The notes: a model not told the origin generated them from the sequence alone. Positions 8,448 to 17,808 are shown, counted from the first letter of the stretch. The stretch: DNA of 64,000 nucleotides from a virus (IMGVR_UViG_2974630879_000001:1-64000); one strand, 5' to 3'. Program-made: numbers and translations.

Positions 8448-8990
8448 ATGCCAATGCTGCAAGTCGCCTTCAAGCCGACAATCCCCAAGATCGCACTGGT
8501 CCAGGCTGACAATGCTGCTATCCCAAGCGGCTACGTCGATGCTGGCTCGTTCGATCATCCTGATCCTGTCTATCCTGGTTCCGTGGTTCTTTTCCATGGT
8601 GTTCGTGACCTGTTGTACAAGCGTGCTGAACTGGACATGGGTGTCGTCAGCATCCAGCTTGCTGCCGGTGTCGTAGCTGCCTACGTCACGGAAATCGATG
8701 TGCCGTGGGGCAATCGTGACCTGCGTCTCGATGATCCACTGTACGTCTCTGAGCGCCTCAACGCTCGTGTATGGCCTCCGGGAGCCAAGGACACCAGTCT
8801 GACCTACGTGTCCAGCGATCCCACTGTCGTGGCTGTGAGCGACGATGGCACCATCACCGGTCAGAAGGCAGGCACTGCCACTATCACTATCACGGCTCCA
8901 GGCAGCGAAGGTACTCCGAAGCTGTCCCGTCAGATCGTTGTAACGGTAGGCGGCACTGCTCCGGCTAATCCGCCGTCTGCTCAAGCCTAA
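8448..8990 (+). CDS. Ig-like (Big_2) capsid decoration protein, N4 gp17-like
   Basis: LTYVSSDPTVVAVSDDGTITGQKAGTATITIT Ig2 signature; syntenic position after RNAP2. Confidence 0.75.
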   Translation: MPMLQVAFKPTIPKIALVQADNAAIPSGYVDAGSFDHPDPVYPGSVVLFHGVRDLLYKRAELDMGVVSIQLAAGVVAAYVTEIDVPWGNRDLRLDDPLYVSERLNARVWPPGAKDTSLTYVSSDPTVVAVSDDGTITGQKAGTATITITAPGSEGTPKLSRQIVVTVGGTAPANPPSAQA

Positions 8991-9039
8991 CAAGGATAGA
9001 CAGCACCAGAAGCTTAATTCTGTTGCTTGGTTTTGAATG

Positions 9040-9069
9040 ACAAAAGCCCACTCTTCAGTGGGCTTTTGT
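9040..9069. terminator. Bidirectional terminator
   Basis: ACAAAAGCCCACT-CTTC-AGTGGGCTTTTGT between convergent ORFs. Confidence 0.85.
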
Positions 9070-9080
9070 TTGTCTAGCTT

Positions 9081-9377
9081 TCATTGAAACAGACTGCTCA
9101 AACCTTCCCACATGCCCTTATAACCTTCAGTCATCTGCGTCATAGATGCAGGCGTGCGTGCATTGATAAGACCTACCGACTTACCTGCTGTGTAAGCAGG
9201 AATAGCAAATGGTAGGCTCAAACTCGCCATGACAGGACTGGACTTCGCCCACTCACGTGCAAATGCTCGATGCTCCATAGGAGCAAGTTCTATTTGCCTT
9301 GGGTCATCCGGTGGAATATTTGCACGAAGATTGAGCAAGTCCGCATGGTCCATCTTGCTGTAATCAGGTTGCCCCAT
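9081..9377 (-). CDS. Lone minus-strand hypothetical protein, 98 aa
   Basis: Fills an otherwise empty gap, GGGG upstream, ends at the bidirectional terminator. Confidence 0.65.
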   Translation of the reverse strand: MGQPDYSKMDHADLLNLRANIPPDDPRQIELAPMEHRAFAREWAKSSPVMASLSLPFAIPAYTAGKSVGLINARTPASMTQMTEGYKGMWEGLSSLFQ

Positions 9378-9428
9378 TGTCTAAGCCCCAGCTTACGAAA
9401 CCGACATCTTAATCCAAAGGATACCCCA

Positions 9429-9608
9429 ATGCTCAAGTGGCTACTCACTCGCAAAAATTCCAATCTGGACATGCTCTCTTACGGTGTTCTTACGCTCCTG
9501 TTTGGAGCAAAGAAGATCGACTGGCTTGTCTTCGGATTGCTCATTGTTTTGTTCGCTATTCTCTGCCGTTGGGCAGAAGACGCTTACGAAGCTAAGCACA
9601 AAAACTAA
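9429..9608 (+). CDS. Small membrane protein
   Basis: AAGG RBS, ATG9429, hydrophobic segments. Confidence 0.6.
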   Translation: MLKWLLTRKNSNLDMLSYGVLTLLFGAKKIDWLVFGLLIVLFAILCRWAEDAYEAKHKN

Positions 9609-9617
9609 GGATCTCTC

Positions 9618-9914
9618 ATGCGCCCAAGCAAAATGTACAAACTCAGTGTTGCTACTCTTTTTGCTCAGCTCATGGGAATGCCTGATAACAAATGGTTAGT
9701 GATTACACGAACCAGAGCTGGTGGTGGCCCTAGTCGTCAAAAGCGACTGCTGGAAGATCTGAAAAAGATGGCCCAATTGGCCAACATTGAAGTTTGTACA
9801 AGCACACCTAACGATCTTTATCCAGATTCAGCTACTGAATTCAAGATCGGAAAGATAAATAGAATTGCCAGTAAGCTAGACAGAATTAATGGACTCATAC
9901 GAGTAATTACATGA
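9618..9914 (+). CDS. Hypothetical protein
   Basis: AAGGA RBS, tiled. Confidence 0.6.
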   Translation: MRPSKMYKLSVATLFAQLMGMPDNKWLVITRTRAGGGPSRQKRLLEDLKKMAQLANIEVCTSTPNDLYPDSATEFKIGKINRIASKLDRINGLIRVIT

Positions 9915-10255
9915 AAAATGATCGACGCAAGTCGATCATCGAGAAAATTGAAAGCCGGTGCGACATTGTTGACACTGGCTTTCGTATCAACGGCAAAGCA
10001 TCTCCCTGTCATCTATGGACAGGGCCGACATCAGGCACAGGTCGTGGCGGTGGCTATGGCCGTATGTGTCTCGATGGTCAGACTGTAGCTGTACACATCG
10101 TCAGCTACACTCACTACTTCGGGTATATCCCAAGCAAAAAACAAATCGACCATCTCTGCAATCAACGTGCATGCTGCAATCCGCAGCACTTAGAGTTGGT
10201 CACTCATCTACAGAACCAAAGGCGACGTGACAAACGAGCCAAGGAAATCTCATGA
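9911..10255 (+). CDS. HNH endonuclease
   Basis: CHLWTG...GYGR...VHIVSY...IDHLCNQRACCNPQHLE. Confidence 0.85.
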   Translation: MKNDRRKSIIEKIESRCDIVDTGFRINGKASPCHLWTGPTSGTGRGGGYGRMCLDGQTVAVHIVSYTHYFGYIPSKKQIDHLCNQRACCNPQHLELVTHLQNQRRRDKRAKEIS

Positions 10256-10467
10256 ACACTGAAGAGAATGATGTCTTAGGCTTTCGTGCAAATGGAACTC
10301 CTATTCGTAAAGCCAAGCCTGGATTCCTAACAACTGCTGCATTCATCATGTGCAGTCATTGCAACAAAGCAATCAGCTCAAGCGGTGGTCCATCTTACGG
10401 TGCAATCTGTATTAGCTGTGCTGGTTGCAATCATTCTCAAGAGCCTGAAGAGGAATCTTTTGAATGA
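10252..10467 (+). CDS. Small Cys-rich protein
   Basis: CSHC...CISC; ATGA overlaps. Confidence 0.55.
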   Translation: MNTEENDVLGFRANGTPIRKAKPGFLTTAAFIMCSHCNKAISSSGGPSYGAICISCAGCNHSQEPEEESFE

Positions 10468-10826
10468 GCAAGACAATCTACTTGGATGGCACTGAGACTC
10501 TGATCTATACACGTTCACTTATTGAGACCAATTACCGTCCGAACTCGATGGTTAGTCTGAGTGAAATGGAAGTAATGGAATGTGTAAGAACGGCCTGTTT
10601 GTATCCTGGTCAACCTTGCATCATGGAGTTTAACCAACCACAAGATCCGTACAGGCGTGAGCGCTTAGCTACGAAGCTTCTTGCAGCCTTAGATCTTAGA
10701 AATCATCATCATTACGAATTGTATGTCAATCACACAAACATGCAATTGCTTATTAGGCACCGTGACTCTAGTCGCTCATATTATCAAATCAAGGCAGAAA
10801 TCCCATGGATCAAATTCACTCCGTAA
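10464..10826 (+). CDS. Hypothetical protein
   Basis: GAGG RBS, tiled. Confidence 0.6.
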   Translation: MSKTIYLDGTETLIYTRSLIETNYRPNSMVSLSEMEVMECVRTACLYPGQPCIMEFNQPQDPYRRERLATKLLAALDLRNHHHYELYVNHTNMQLLIRHRDSSRSYYQIKAEIPWIKFTP

Positions 10827-11857
10827 ACAGTAGACAGCTTGCTTCGATGATCCAGCAATGTCTGGAAGCAGGCGTAGTTCCAATGATCCATGGTTCGCCT
10901 GGTATCGGTAAGTCTGCTGTGACTCACGCAATCAGTGAGCGCAACAATCTCAAGATGATCGATCATCGTCTTAGTACTGCCGCTCCGGAAGACCAAACTG
11001 GTCTGCCTTTCAAGAGCGAAGATGGCTTTGCTCGCTTCGCACCATTCGCTGATCTGTTTCCACTCGAAGCAACCCCATTGCCTGCTGGGCATGATGGCTG
11101 GTTGCTGTTCCTGGATGAGCTGAATTCTGCTTCCAAAGCAGTCATGGCATCTGCCTACAAGCTCATCCTGGATCGTATGACAGGTCAGCACAAGCTCAAC
11201 GAGCGCTGCATGATCATCGGTGCAGGCAATCTCAAGACTGACCGTGCAATCACCAATGACATCGGTACTGCATTGCAGAGCCGTATGGTTCACTTGGAGC
11301 TGCGTGTCGAGCATCGTATCTGGATGGAAGACGTAGCATTGGCTAAGAAATACGATGAGCGTATTATCGGCTTTCTGAACATGCTACCGGATCGTTTGAT
11401 GGACTTCCGTCCTGATCACAATGACCGTACCTTCTGCTGTCCTCGTACGTGGGAGTTCATGAACCGTCTTCTGTTCGATCCTGTGAACCAGAAGCCACGT
11501 GAGGTACTCGACAGTGCAGCTGCACTGTATGCAGGTACCATCACCTCTGGTGTGGCTGTGGAGTTCATCTCCTACTGCCGAAATGCAGCTCATCTGGTCA
11601 AGATCGAAGACGTGCTTGCTGATCCTCTGCAATGCCGTATCCCGAGCGAAGCAGCAATCAAGTGGGCTACCACAACGCATTTGCTTAACCGTGTCACAAA
11701 CGAGACTCTGGGAGATGTGCTGAAGTACATCGACCGTATGGACGCTAGCTTCAAGATCATGTTCGTTCGTGCACTTGTTGTTCGTAATCCGACAATCGTC
11801 ACTCGACCGGAATATGCAATGTTCCTGTCTAAGATGACCAATCTTCTCAACAGCTGA
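10805..11857 (+). CDS. AAA+ ATPase (MoxR-like, N4 gp24-like)
   Basis: Walker A GSPGIGKS, Walker B LFLDELN, ALQSRM sensor region. Confidence 0.88.
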   Translation: MDQIHSVNSRQLASMIQQCLEAGVVPMIHGSPGIGKSAVTHAISERNNLKMIDHRLSTAAPEDQTGLPFKSEDGFARFAPFADLFPLEATPLPAGHDGWLLFLDELNSASKAVMASAYKLILDRMTGQHKLNERCMIIGAGNLKTDRAITNDIGTALQSRMVHLELRVEHRIWMEDVALAKKYDERIIGFLNMLPDRLMDFRPDHNDRTFCCPRTWEFMNRLLFDPVNQKPREVLDSAAALYAGTITSGVAVEFISYCRNAAHLVKIEDVLADPLQCRIPSEAAIKWATTTHLLNRVTNETLGDVLKYIDRMDASFKIMFVRALVVRNPTIVTRPEYAMFLSKMTNLLNS

Positions 11858-11871
11858 ACCAAGGAGGCTGT

Positions 11872-13029
11872 ATGGCATTCTCTGCCGTCGAACCCAATAA
11901 GCACAACCTGACTCATCTGAATCATCAGATGGACAAGGCTAAAACCAAAATCTTCCTAGGGAAGAACAGTGGTTTCTTCGGCTCGTTGCTGTGCAGCCTC
12001 GACTTCATCTGGTCTGAAGATGTACCCACTGCCGCAACAGACGGTATTCGCCTGTGGTGGAATCCGGAATGGTTTGCAAAGCACAGCATCGAACAGATGT
12101 CAGTCGTACTGCGTCATGAGCTTGATCATGTCGCTCGCTTGCATGCCATTCGTCGTGGTGATCGTGATCCCAAGACGTGGAACTATGCATGCGACTATCG
12201 CATCAACAATGATCTGGTCAACGATGGATTCTCCTTCAAAGGATTGAAACCATTGCTCGACAAGCACTACGATCAAAATGGAACTCTTGCTTCTGAAGAA
12301 GAAATCTATGATCTGCTGCTTCAAATCAATCTCAATGGAAATGGTTCATGGGGCAGCGGTGACGTTGACCTGGAAGAAGCATTCAATCTCCCCACGGAAG
12401 AACAAGCTCGTGCTGTCAACATCGTAGGAAGTGCCGTAGCAGCTGCTAAAGCAGCAGGCGAAGGTATTCCAGGTGATGTAAGTAAGATCATGGATCAATT
12501 TTTGAATCCCGTGATTCAATGGCAAATCGTTCTGATGAAGTTTTTCACTGATCAGATCGATACTGAGTACAGCATGCGTCGTCCCAACCGTCGCTATTCA
12601 GACATCTATCTGCCATCGCTTTGCGATCAGGATGATGGTCGTCTGGAATCACTTCTGTATTTCCAAGACGTTTCTGGTTCCATCACTGATGCAGACTCAC
12701 AACGCTTCAACTCGGAGTTGAAGTATGTCTGGGAAGTACTCAAACCCAAGAAGGTAACCATCGCTCAATTCAGTACTGAAATCACTAAAGTTGATGTACT
12801 GGTTGAAGAGGATCGATTCGATTGGATCGAGACTTATGGCGGTGGTGGTACATCACTCGTTCCTGTGCGCGAGATGATTCTGAAAGAAAAACCTACCGCT
12901 GCAATCATCTTCAGTGATCTGGAGTGCGGCATTATGGATTGCACAGGCATTACATGCCCTCTCATCTGGGCCACGATTCGTAATCGTGGGGCCAAGGTGG
13001 AGAAGGGTCAAATCATTCACATCCGCTAA
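11872..13029 (+). CDS. Metallopeptidase plus vWA-domain protein (N4 gp25-like)
   Basis: HELDH (HExxH) zincin motif, MIDAS-like DVSGS, GGGGT, FSD; partner of the ATPase. Confidence 0.85.
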   Translation: MAFSAVEPNKHNLTHLNHQMDKAKTKIFLGKNSGFFGSLLCSLDFIWSEDVPTAATDGIRLWWNPEWFAKHSIEQMSVVLRHELDHVARLHAIRRGDRDPKTWNYACDYRINNDLVNDGFSFKGLKPLLDKHYDQNGTLASEEEIYDLLLQINLNGNGSWGSGDVDLEEAFNLPTEEQARAVNIVGSAVAAAKAAGEGIPGDVSKIMDQFLNPVIQWQIVLMKFFTDQIDTEYSMRRPNRRYSDIYLPSLCDQDDGRLESLLYFQDVSGSITDADSQRFNSELKYVWEVLKPKKVTIAQFSTEITKVDVLVEEDRFDWIETYGGGGTSLVPVREMILKEKPTAAIIFSDLECGIMDCTGITCPLIWATIRNRGAKVEKGQIIHIR

Positions 13030-13041
13030 AAGGAAAATGCA

Positions 13042-13410
13042 ATGTCCATTCGTACTCGTATCGCTGGTATCGCCTCTGCTGTCGGTGCCACCAAGTTGGC
13101 AGCTAAGCTGTCCGAAGAAACCGGTCAGAAGATCGTGGCTACTCCTGAGCCCGAAGGTATTCCATCTCAGCCTGAAGTGAAGCGTCTTCCGCGAACCAGG
13201 GAAACCTGGTATCAGCGCTGGCTGACTGAGCGTCCCCAACGTCTGCGTGCCTACGCAAGCTACAAGGGCGGCAAGCATCATCGTGGCGTTCCTGCACATA
13301 TCCAGCAGCAGTACCAGTTCGAAGCTGAAGTGAAGCGTCAGGGTAAGGATGCCAAGCGCGCTCGTGATCATTCCCTGGCCACCTACAACAACCCTTGCTT
13401 GAAAGGTTAA
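13042..13410 (+). CDS. Basic hypothetical protein
   Basis: AAGGA RBS, 122 aa. Confidence 0.65.
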   Translation: MSIRTRIAGIASAVGATKLAAKLSEETGQKIVATPEPEGIPSQPEVKRLPRTRETWYQRWLTERPQRLRAYASYKGGKHHRGVPAHIQQQYQFEAEVKRQGKDAKRARDHSLATYNNPCLKG

Positions 13411-13417
13411 GTAAACC

Positions 13418-13909
13418 ATGATCATCAACAGCCACGTCCTGCTGAGCAAGGCACCTATCAAGGACATGTTCGCTACGAAACAGTCCAATGGTGATGTCAG
13501 CTTCGGCATGTCCGAGGCTGGCTATGACATTCGAATCAAGCAAGCTATCAAGTTTCATAGTGGTGGTGTGAGAATTCACTGCACAACAGGTTCTGATTGG
13601 CATGCAAATAAAAGATTCTGTCTGGCATCTGCAATTGAAGAATTTCAGATGCCAGACGATCTGGTAGGCATTGTCCATGACAAGTCCACCTGGGCACGCC
13701 GTGGGCTATCTGTGTTTAATACTGTCATCGAACCAGGATGGCACGGCTTTTTGACTCTGGAGCTTGTCTACCATGGTCAAGAAGAACTCATCATTCCTGC
13801 TGGTTCAGGTATTGCACAAGTGGTATTCCACGAGACTGCTGTAGCTTCCGCATACAATGGGAAGTACCAGAACCAAGAGGATATGCCCGTTGGACCAAGA
13901 CAAGCCTGA
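13418..13909 (+). CDS. dcd: dCTP deaminase / dUTPase-family protein
   Basis: GYDIRI, HDKSTWARRG, IEPGWHGFLTLEL, IAQVVF, YNGKYQNQ. Confidence 0.9.
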   Translation: MIINSHVLLSKAPIKDMFATKQSNGDVSFGMSEAGYDIRIKQAIKFHSGGVRIHCTTGSDWHANKRFCLASAIEEFQMPDDLVGIVHDKSTWARRGLSVFNTVIEPGWHGFLTLELVYHGQEELIIPAGSGIAQVVFHETAVASAYNGKYQNQEDMPVGPRQA

Positions 13910-14063
13910 GATCGATTACAGCAAGTACCCTGAGCCGCCTAGGCCAGCAAAGCCAACGCATCCGCTCAGGGTATTTATTGAACGACCTCCTCGTGAACAT
14001 ATACCTGAACCCGTCAATCGCTGGCACAAAAACATTACCCGATCTAATCGAGCAAGGTGATCT

Positions 14064-14312
14064 ATGTCAGCACCCATCTGTTCTGCCTGTGGCAAAGAAA
14101 ACCCTTGGGTACTAATCAGTGACCACTACAAAGAAATTTGTGGTCACTGTGTAGAGTCAGATCCGCGTGTTGATTTCGACAGAGCCGAAAATATGTATGC
14201 ATTATTTGCGTACTGTAGAGGCGGATGTGGTGATCGTAATGCAGTCAACTATGGTAGACACGATCAAGAATTTACGTACTACTGTGGTGGATCTTTCCAC
14301 TGTACACCTTAG
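14064..14312 (+). CDS. Small Cys-rich protein
   Basis: AAGGTG RBS, several CxxC pairs. Confidence 0.55.
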   Translation: MSAPICSACGKENPWVLISDHYKEICGHCVESDPRVDFDRAENMYALFAYCRGGCGDRNAVNYGRHDQEFTYYCGGSFHCTP

Positions 14313-14356
14313 CTCTTTCCCTGGGTTCATCCCATCAATCAAACACGGAGAATTAC

Positions 14357-14890
14357 ATGGCAACTGCCAAGAAAGTCGCATCGAAGAAGACCGTCAAGAA
14401 GGCTGTCAAAAAGACCGCTACCAAGCGTGCTTACAATCGCAAGCCGAAGACCACTGTCGAAGATGCTCAGAATGAGCAGTCTGATGTGATGGCTGCAACT
14501 GATGTTGGATCTGAAACTTTTGTGCAGGAAACGCCTGCTCTGGTTCAGCTATCCGATTATGGTCTGTGGGATCTGCGTAATGTGCCAGTTCCGGTTCGTA
14601 TGTTGTTCCTGCTGGAGCTGGAATCTCTGGGCTACGTTCTCAAGACCGATCTGCGTGCCCCAAGTGAAGGCACTTCTGTTTTCACCAACGCTGATCTGAT
14701 CCAAATCATTAGTCTGAACCATGTTAACAAGCTGATTAGCTTCATGAATTTCGGTGAGCTGAATATGGCACAAGGCGTGATTGCTGAACCGCAATATCTG
14801 GAAAGCCGTCTGAATATCTTCAGCGTTCGCACCTCAATGGCTGCGCCGAATGAAGTTACCATTCAAGGCGAACGCTTCGTTCGTGTTTGA
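14357..14890 (+). CDS. Hypothetical protein with Lys/Ala-rich H1-like N-terminus
   Basis: GGAG RBS; MATAKKVASKKTVKKAVKKTATKRAYNRKPK. Confidence 0.75.
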   Translation: MATAKKVASKKTVKKAVKKTATKRAYNRKPKTTVEDAQNEQSDVMAATDVGSETFVQETPALVQLSDYGLWDLRNVPVPVRMLFLLELESLGYVLKTDLRAPSEGTSVFTNADLIQIISLNHVNKLISFMNFGELNMAQGVIAEPQYLESRLNIFSVRTSMAAPNEVTIQGERFVRV

Positions 14891-15135
14891 AGTTGAAACG
14901 GTGCTCCGGACCCATGAATCTGGAGTATGTCTTCTGGGAAGACTGTATGAGGCCGTGAGGCTTTAAGACCATGCAGACAGGCTCCGTCCTGGCAGGGGGT
15001 GAAAACCCCCCACCTATAAAGAGCATTGAGAAGTCCACTTAGCGCACGTGCTCTTGAAGTAAAAGAGCTGAAGTTAAAACGTCCATAACGCATGTTGCCA
15101 ACGGCTGATTGCGGTGGACTTCTGAGTGCTTTTAC
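14891..15135 (+). ncRNA. Unassigned structured RNA / leader
   Basis: Gap without a credible RBS-led ORF, filled by at least 6 helices, including the perfect 10-bp AGAAGTCCAC(15029-38)/GTGGACTTCT(15114-23). Confidence 0.5.
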
Positions 15136-15161
15136 CCCAACCAACAACTGTGGAGTTACCC

Positions 15162-17171
15162 ATGTCTGAATTTACCAAGTTCGGTGCAGCCGTTGCTGCA
15201 CGCTTCGCCCTGATGTGCTCATTCGGTGAGCTGTATCGCACGACTGCAAGTGCTGATGATCTGTGGAATCTGTATCTGGCTTCCTTCCCTGAAGGCACCA
15301 ATCCGATCTTCCGTGAGCGTACTGAGCATGATGGTTCCTATGACAGGAACTTCATCAAGCGGCTTGGCAACGTTGTTGCTATCGATCCGAGCAACGATCA
15401 AGTTATTTCGCTGTGGAACAGTCTGGAAAACCTTCCATATCCCTACGATGTGGTAGCTCAAAAGATGGCTGATTATGTTGGTCGCCACGAGATTACAAAT
15501 CTCTTCCGAACCAAGGAGCTGGATGCAGGCCATAAGCCGAACTTCGAGCTGATCAATGGTCGTCAGCATCAGTGGACGCACTTCTATGTTCGTCTGCCCA
15601 ACTTCGTCATCACTCGTGATGCAGGTGCTGCTATCGGTCAACGTGCAACGAATGTCGCTGTGATGTTCCGTAGCCTGACTGAAATCAACCAGAGTGCTAT
15701 CGTCGATGTTCTGGATCTGATCGAGCAGAATGCGTTGTATCGTGGTGAAGAGCATAAGCCTGCTCTGCTGGCATTTCAGAAAGCGCAGAATAACTTTCTG
15801 ATGACTCTGGAAGGTAAGCACAATACGTGGCTGTGGAAAAACAGCACTAACAACGTGCTGATGATCAAGAACACCGCTATCGGCACTCTGCTGGTAGACC
15901 TGTCTGATGGCATGCCATTGGATCAGGCAGTGAAGTCGTTCGAGTCGAAGGTGGCTCCTGCCAACTACAAGCGTACGTCTGCACTGATCACCCCTGGGAT
16001 GGTCAATAGTGCAATGCTGAAGATCAACGAGCTGGGCTATCAGAACAGCTTGTATCGTCGTCATGCTGTACTGGCTGATATCAATGTCAACGATATCGAG
16101 TGGGCCGATGCTTCTGCAAAGAATGTCATGGCCGGCTCCATTGGTGATGTCCTGATGCAGGCTGCTGTCAAAAAAGCTCCCAAGGCTGACAAGCTCGAAG
16201 AGATCAGCATTGAAGACTTCATGTCTACTGTGCTGCCGAAGGCTAGCAGCATGGAGCTGTTCGTCAGCAATAAGCTGACTCAGAATTTGGTCAACATCAC
16301 TGCACCATTCGATGCAGATGCTCCGTCACTGTTCAAGTGGGACAATGCCTTTGGCTGGTCCTACAAGGGCAATGTGACTGACTCGATCAAGGAACGTGTC
16401 AAGGCAGCTGGTGGCAATATCAAGGCAGACCTTCGTGTCTCGTTGGCATGGCACAACAGTGACGATCTCGATTTGCACTGTGTGACTCCTGGTCGTGAAC
16501 ACATCAACTTCAGCCACAAGGCTGGCGTACTCGATGTCGATATGAATGGTCCGTATCAAAAGGATGATCGTAATCCTGTTGAGAATATGGCCTTCATGCG
16601 TCCTCGTGACGGTGTTTACGCCTTCAGCGTCGATCAGTACTCAGCTCGTAGCAACAACCAAACCCGTCCGGGTTTCACGTTGCAAGTCGAGTGTGGTGGT
16701 GAACTCCATGAGTTGACCTATCAGCCTGCAATGCGTAGTCGTGCTATGGCTTGCATCTCGATTGAGATGAAGGGCGGTGTCATCAAGGAACTGAAGGTTC
16801 TGAATGACAAGCTGATTCACCAGGGTCGTTCGCAGAAGATCAATGGTGTCAACACTGAGTCCTTTGTCCGGGTCTCGACCATGATGTTCTCTCCGAACTA
16901 CTGGGGCGATCAGCATATCGGCAACAAGCATTACATCTTCCTGTTGGAAGGTGCACAGACTGATGAACCTGTTCGTGGTATCTACAATGAGTTCTTGAAG
17001 TCTGAGCTGGATGAACATCGTAAGGTGTTCGAAGTGCTGGGAGCCAAGACGGTTATTCAGCCGCAAGGTGAACAGCTAGCCGGTATCGGCTTCAGTTCTA
17101 CTGTTCGTAATTCGGCACTGATCAAGGTGTCGGGTCCAACCATCAACAAGACCTACAAGGTCATGTTCTAA
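15162..17171 (+). CDS. Large conserved phage protein (669 aa) with C-terminal YfaP/DUF2135-like segment
   Basis: GGAG RBS; DLRVSLAW..DDLDLHCVTP...LDVDMN...NPVEN resembles DUF2135. Confidence 0.75.
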   Translation: MSEFTKFGAAVAARFALMCSFGELYRTTASADDLWNLYLASFPEGTNPIFRERTEHDGSYDRNFIKRLGNVVAIDPSNDQVISLWNSLENLPYPYDVVAQKMADYVGRHEITNLFRTKELDAGHKPNFELINGRQHQWTHFYVRLPNFVITRDAGAAIGQRATNVAVMFRSLTEINQSAIVDVLDLIEQNALYRGEEHKPALLAFQKAQNNFLMTLEGKHNTWLWKNSTNNVLMIKNTAIGTLLVDLSDGMPLDQAVKSFESKVAPANYKRTSALITPGMVNSAMLKINELGYQNSLYRRHAVLADINVNDIEWADASAKNVMAGSIGDVLMQAAVKKAPKADKLEEISIEDFMSTVLPKASSMELFVSNKLTQNLVNITAPFDADAPSLFKWDNAFGWSYKGNVTDSIKERVKAAGGNIKADLRVSLAWHNSDDLDLHCVTPGREHINFSHKAGVLDVDMNGPYQKDDRNPVENMAFMRPRDGVYAFSVDQYSARSNNQTRPGFTLQVECGGELHELTYQPAMRSRAMACISIEMKGGVIKELKVLNDKLIHQGRSQKINGVNTESFVRVSTMMFSPNYWGDQHIGNKHYIFLLEGAQTDEPVRGIYNEFLKSELDEHRKVFEVLGAKTVIQPQGEQLAGIGFSSTVRNSALIKVSGPTINKTYKVMF

Positions 17172-17180
17172 GGAATCAAC

Positions 17181-17591
17181 ATGTCTGAGAAGAACATTTT
17201 CGAGCAAGCCACTCGTGCTGCTGCTCGATTCCCTTCGCCGGTTGGTGATCTCTCAACTGAGCAACTGTGGTCGCTGCCCTTGACTTCGCTCAAGGGTGCT
17301 GACCTCAACGGCATTGCTGTGTCCGTCAACCGTGAGTTGAAGGCACAGGGCGAGGAGTCCTTCGTGGACACCAAGCCGAATGCCAAGTCTGCTCTCCTGG
17401 CTCTGAAGCTCGATGTGCTGAAACACATCATTGCCGTCAAGCAGGCTGAGAACGCCGAGAAGCTCGACGCTCAGCGTCGTGCAGCGGAGATCGCCAAGAT
17501 CGAAGAGATCCTCGTGTCGAAGCAGACGGACGCCTTGGCGTCGAGTTCTGTCGAAGACCTGGAAAAGCGACTGGCAGAGCTGCGCAAGTAA
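17181..17591 (+). CDS. Coiled-coil hypothetical protein (partner of the upstream gene)
   Basis: AAGGA RBS; helical Ala/Lys/Glu-rich C-terminus. Confidence 0.8.
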   Translation: MSEKNIFEQATRAAARFPSPVGDLSTEQLWSLPLTSLKGADLNGIAVSVNRELKAQGEESFVDTKPNAKSALLALKLDVLKHIIAVKQAENAEKLDAQRRAAEIAKIEEILVSKQTDALASSSVEDLEKRLAELRK

Positions 17592-17602
17592 TACCGTTTT
17601 AT

Positions 17603-17768
17603 GGATTACCTAGGTGTGCAACAGTGGAACGCTTGGACAATAGCTACGTCTGAGTTAGGTCATTCGAGCGGGATCGGCCCGTACCAAGAAGCTGCCAAGA
17701 CACTTACCGCAACACCGTCCATGGGGGTGAGAATGTGAAGGATGAAAGCGGCTTTCACTAGGTAATCC
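17603..17768 (+). ncRNA. Unassigned 166-nt structured RNA
   Basis: Perfect 11-bp closing stem GGATTACCTAG/CTAGGTAATCC plus nested helices. Confidence 0.6.
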
Positions 17769-17808
17769 GCCATATGTAAGGGGGCCACTCAATAGGGAGT
17801 GGCCCCAT

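Noticed and set aside
10805-13029. AAA ATPase plus vWA metallopeptidase pair as a novel system
   Set aside because: A standard conserved N4-like gene pair; recorded as features only.
14892-14953. Permuted hammerhead-like arrangement (GAAA..GTC..CTGTATGA)
   Set aside because: The core has an insertion, stem II is very weak, and a competing 6-bp stem covers the site. Kept only as part of the leader finding.
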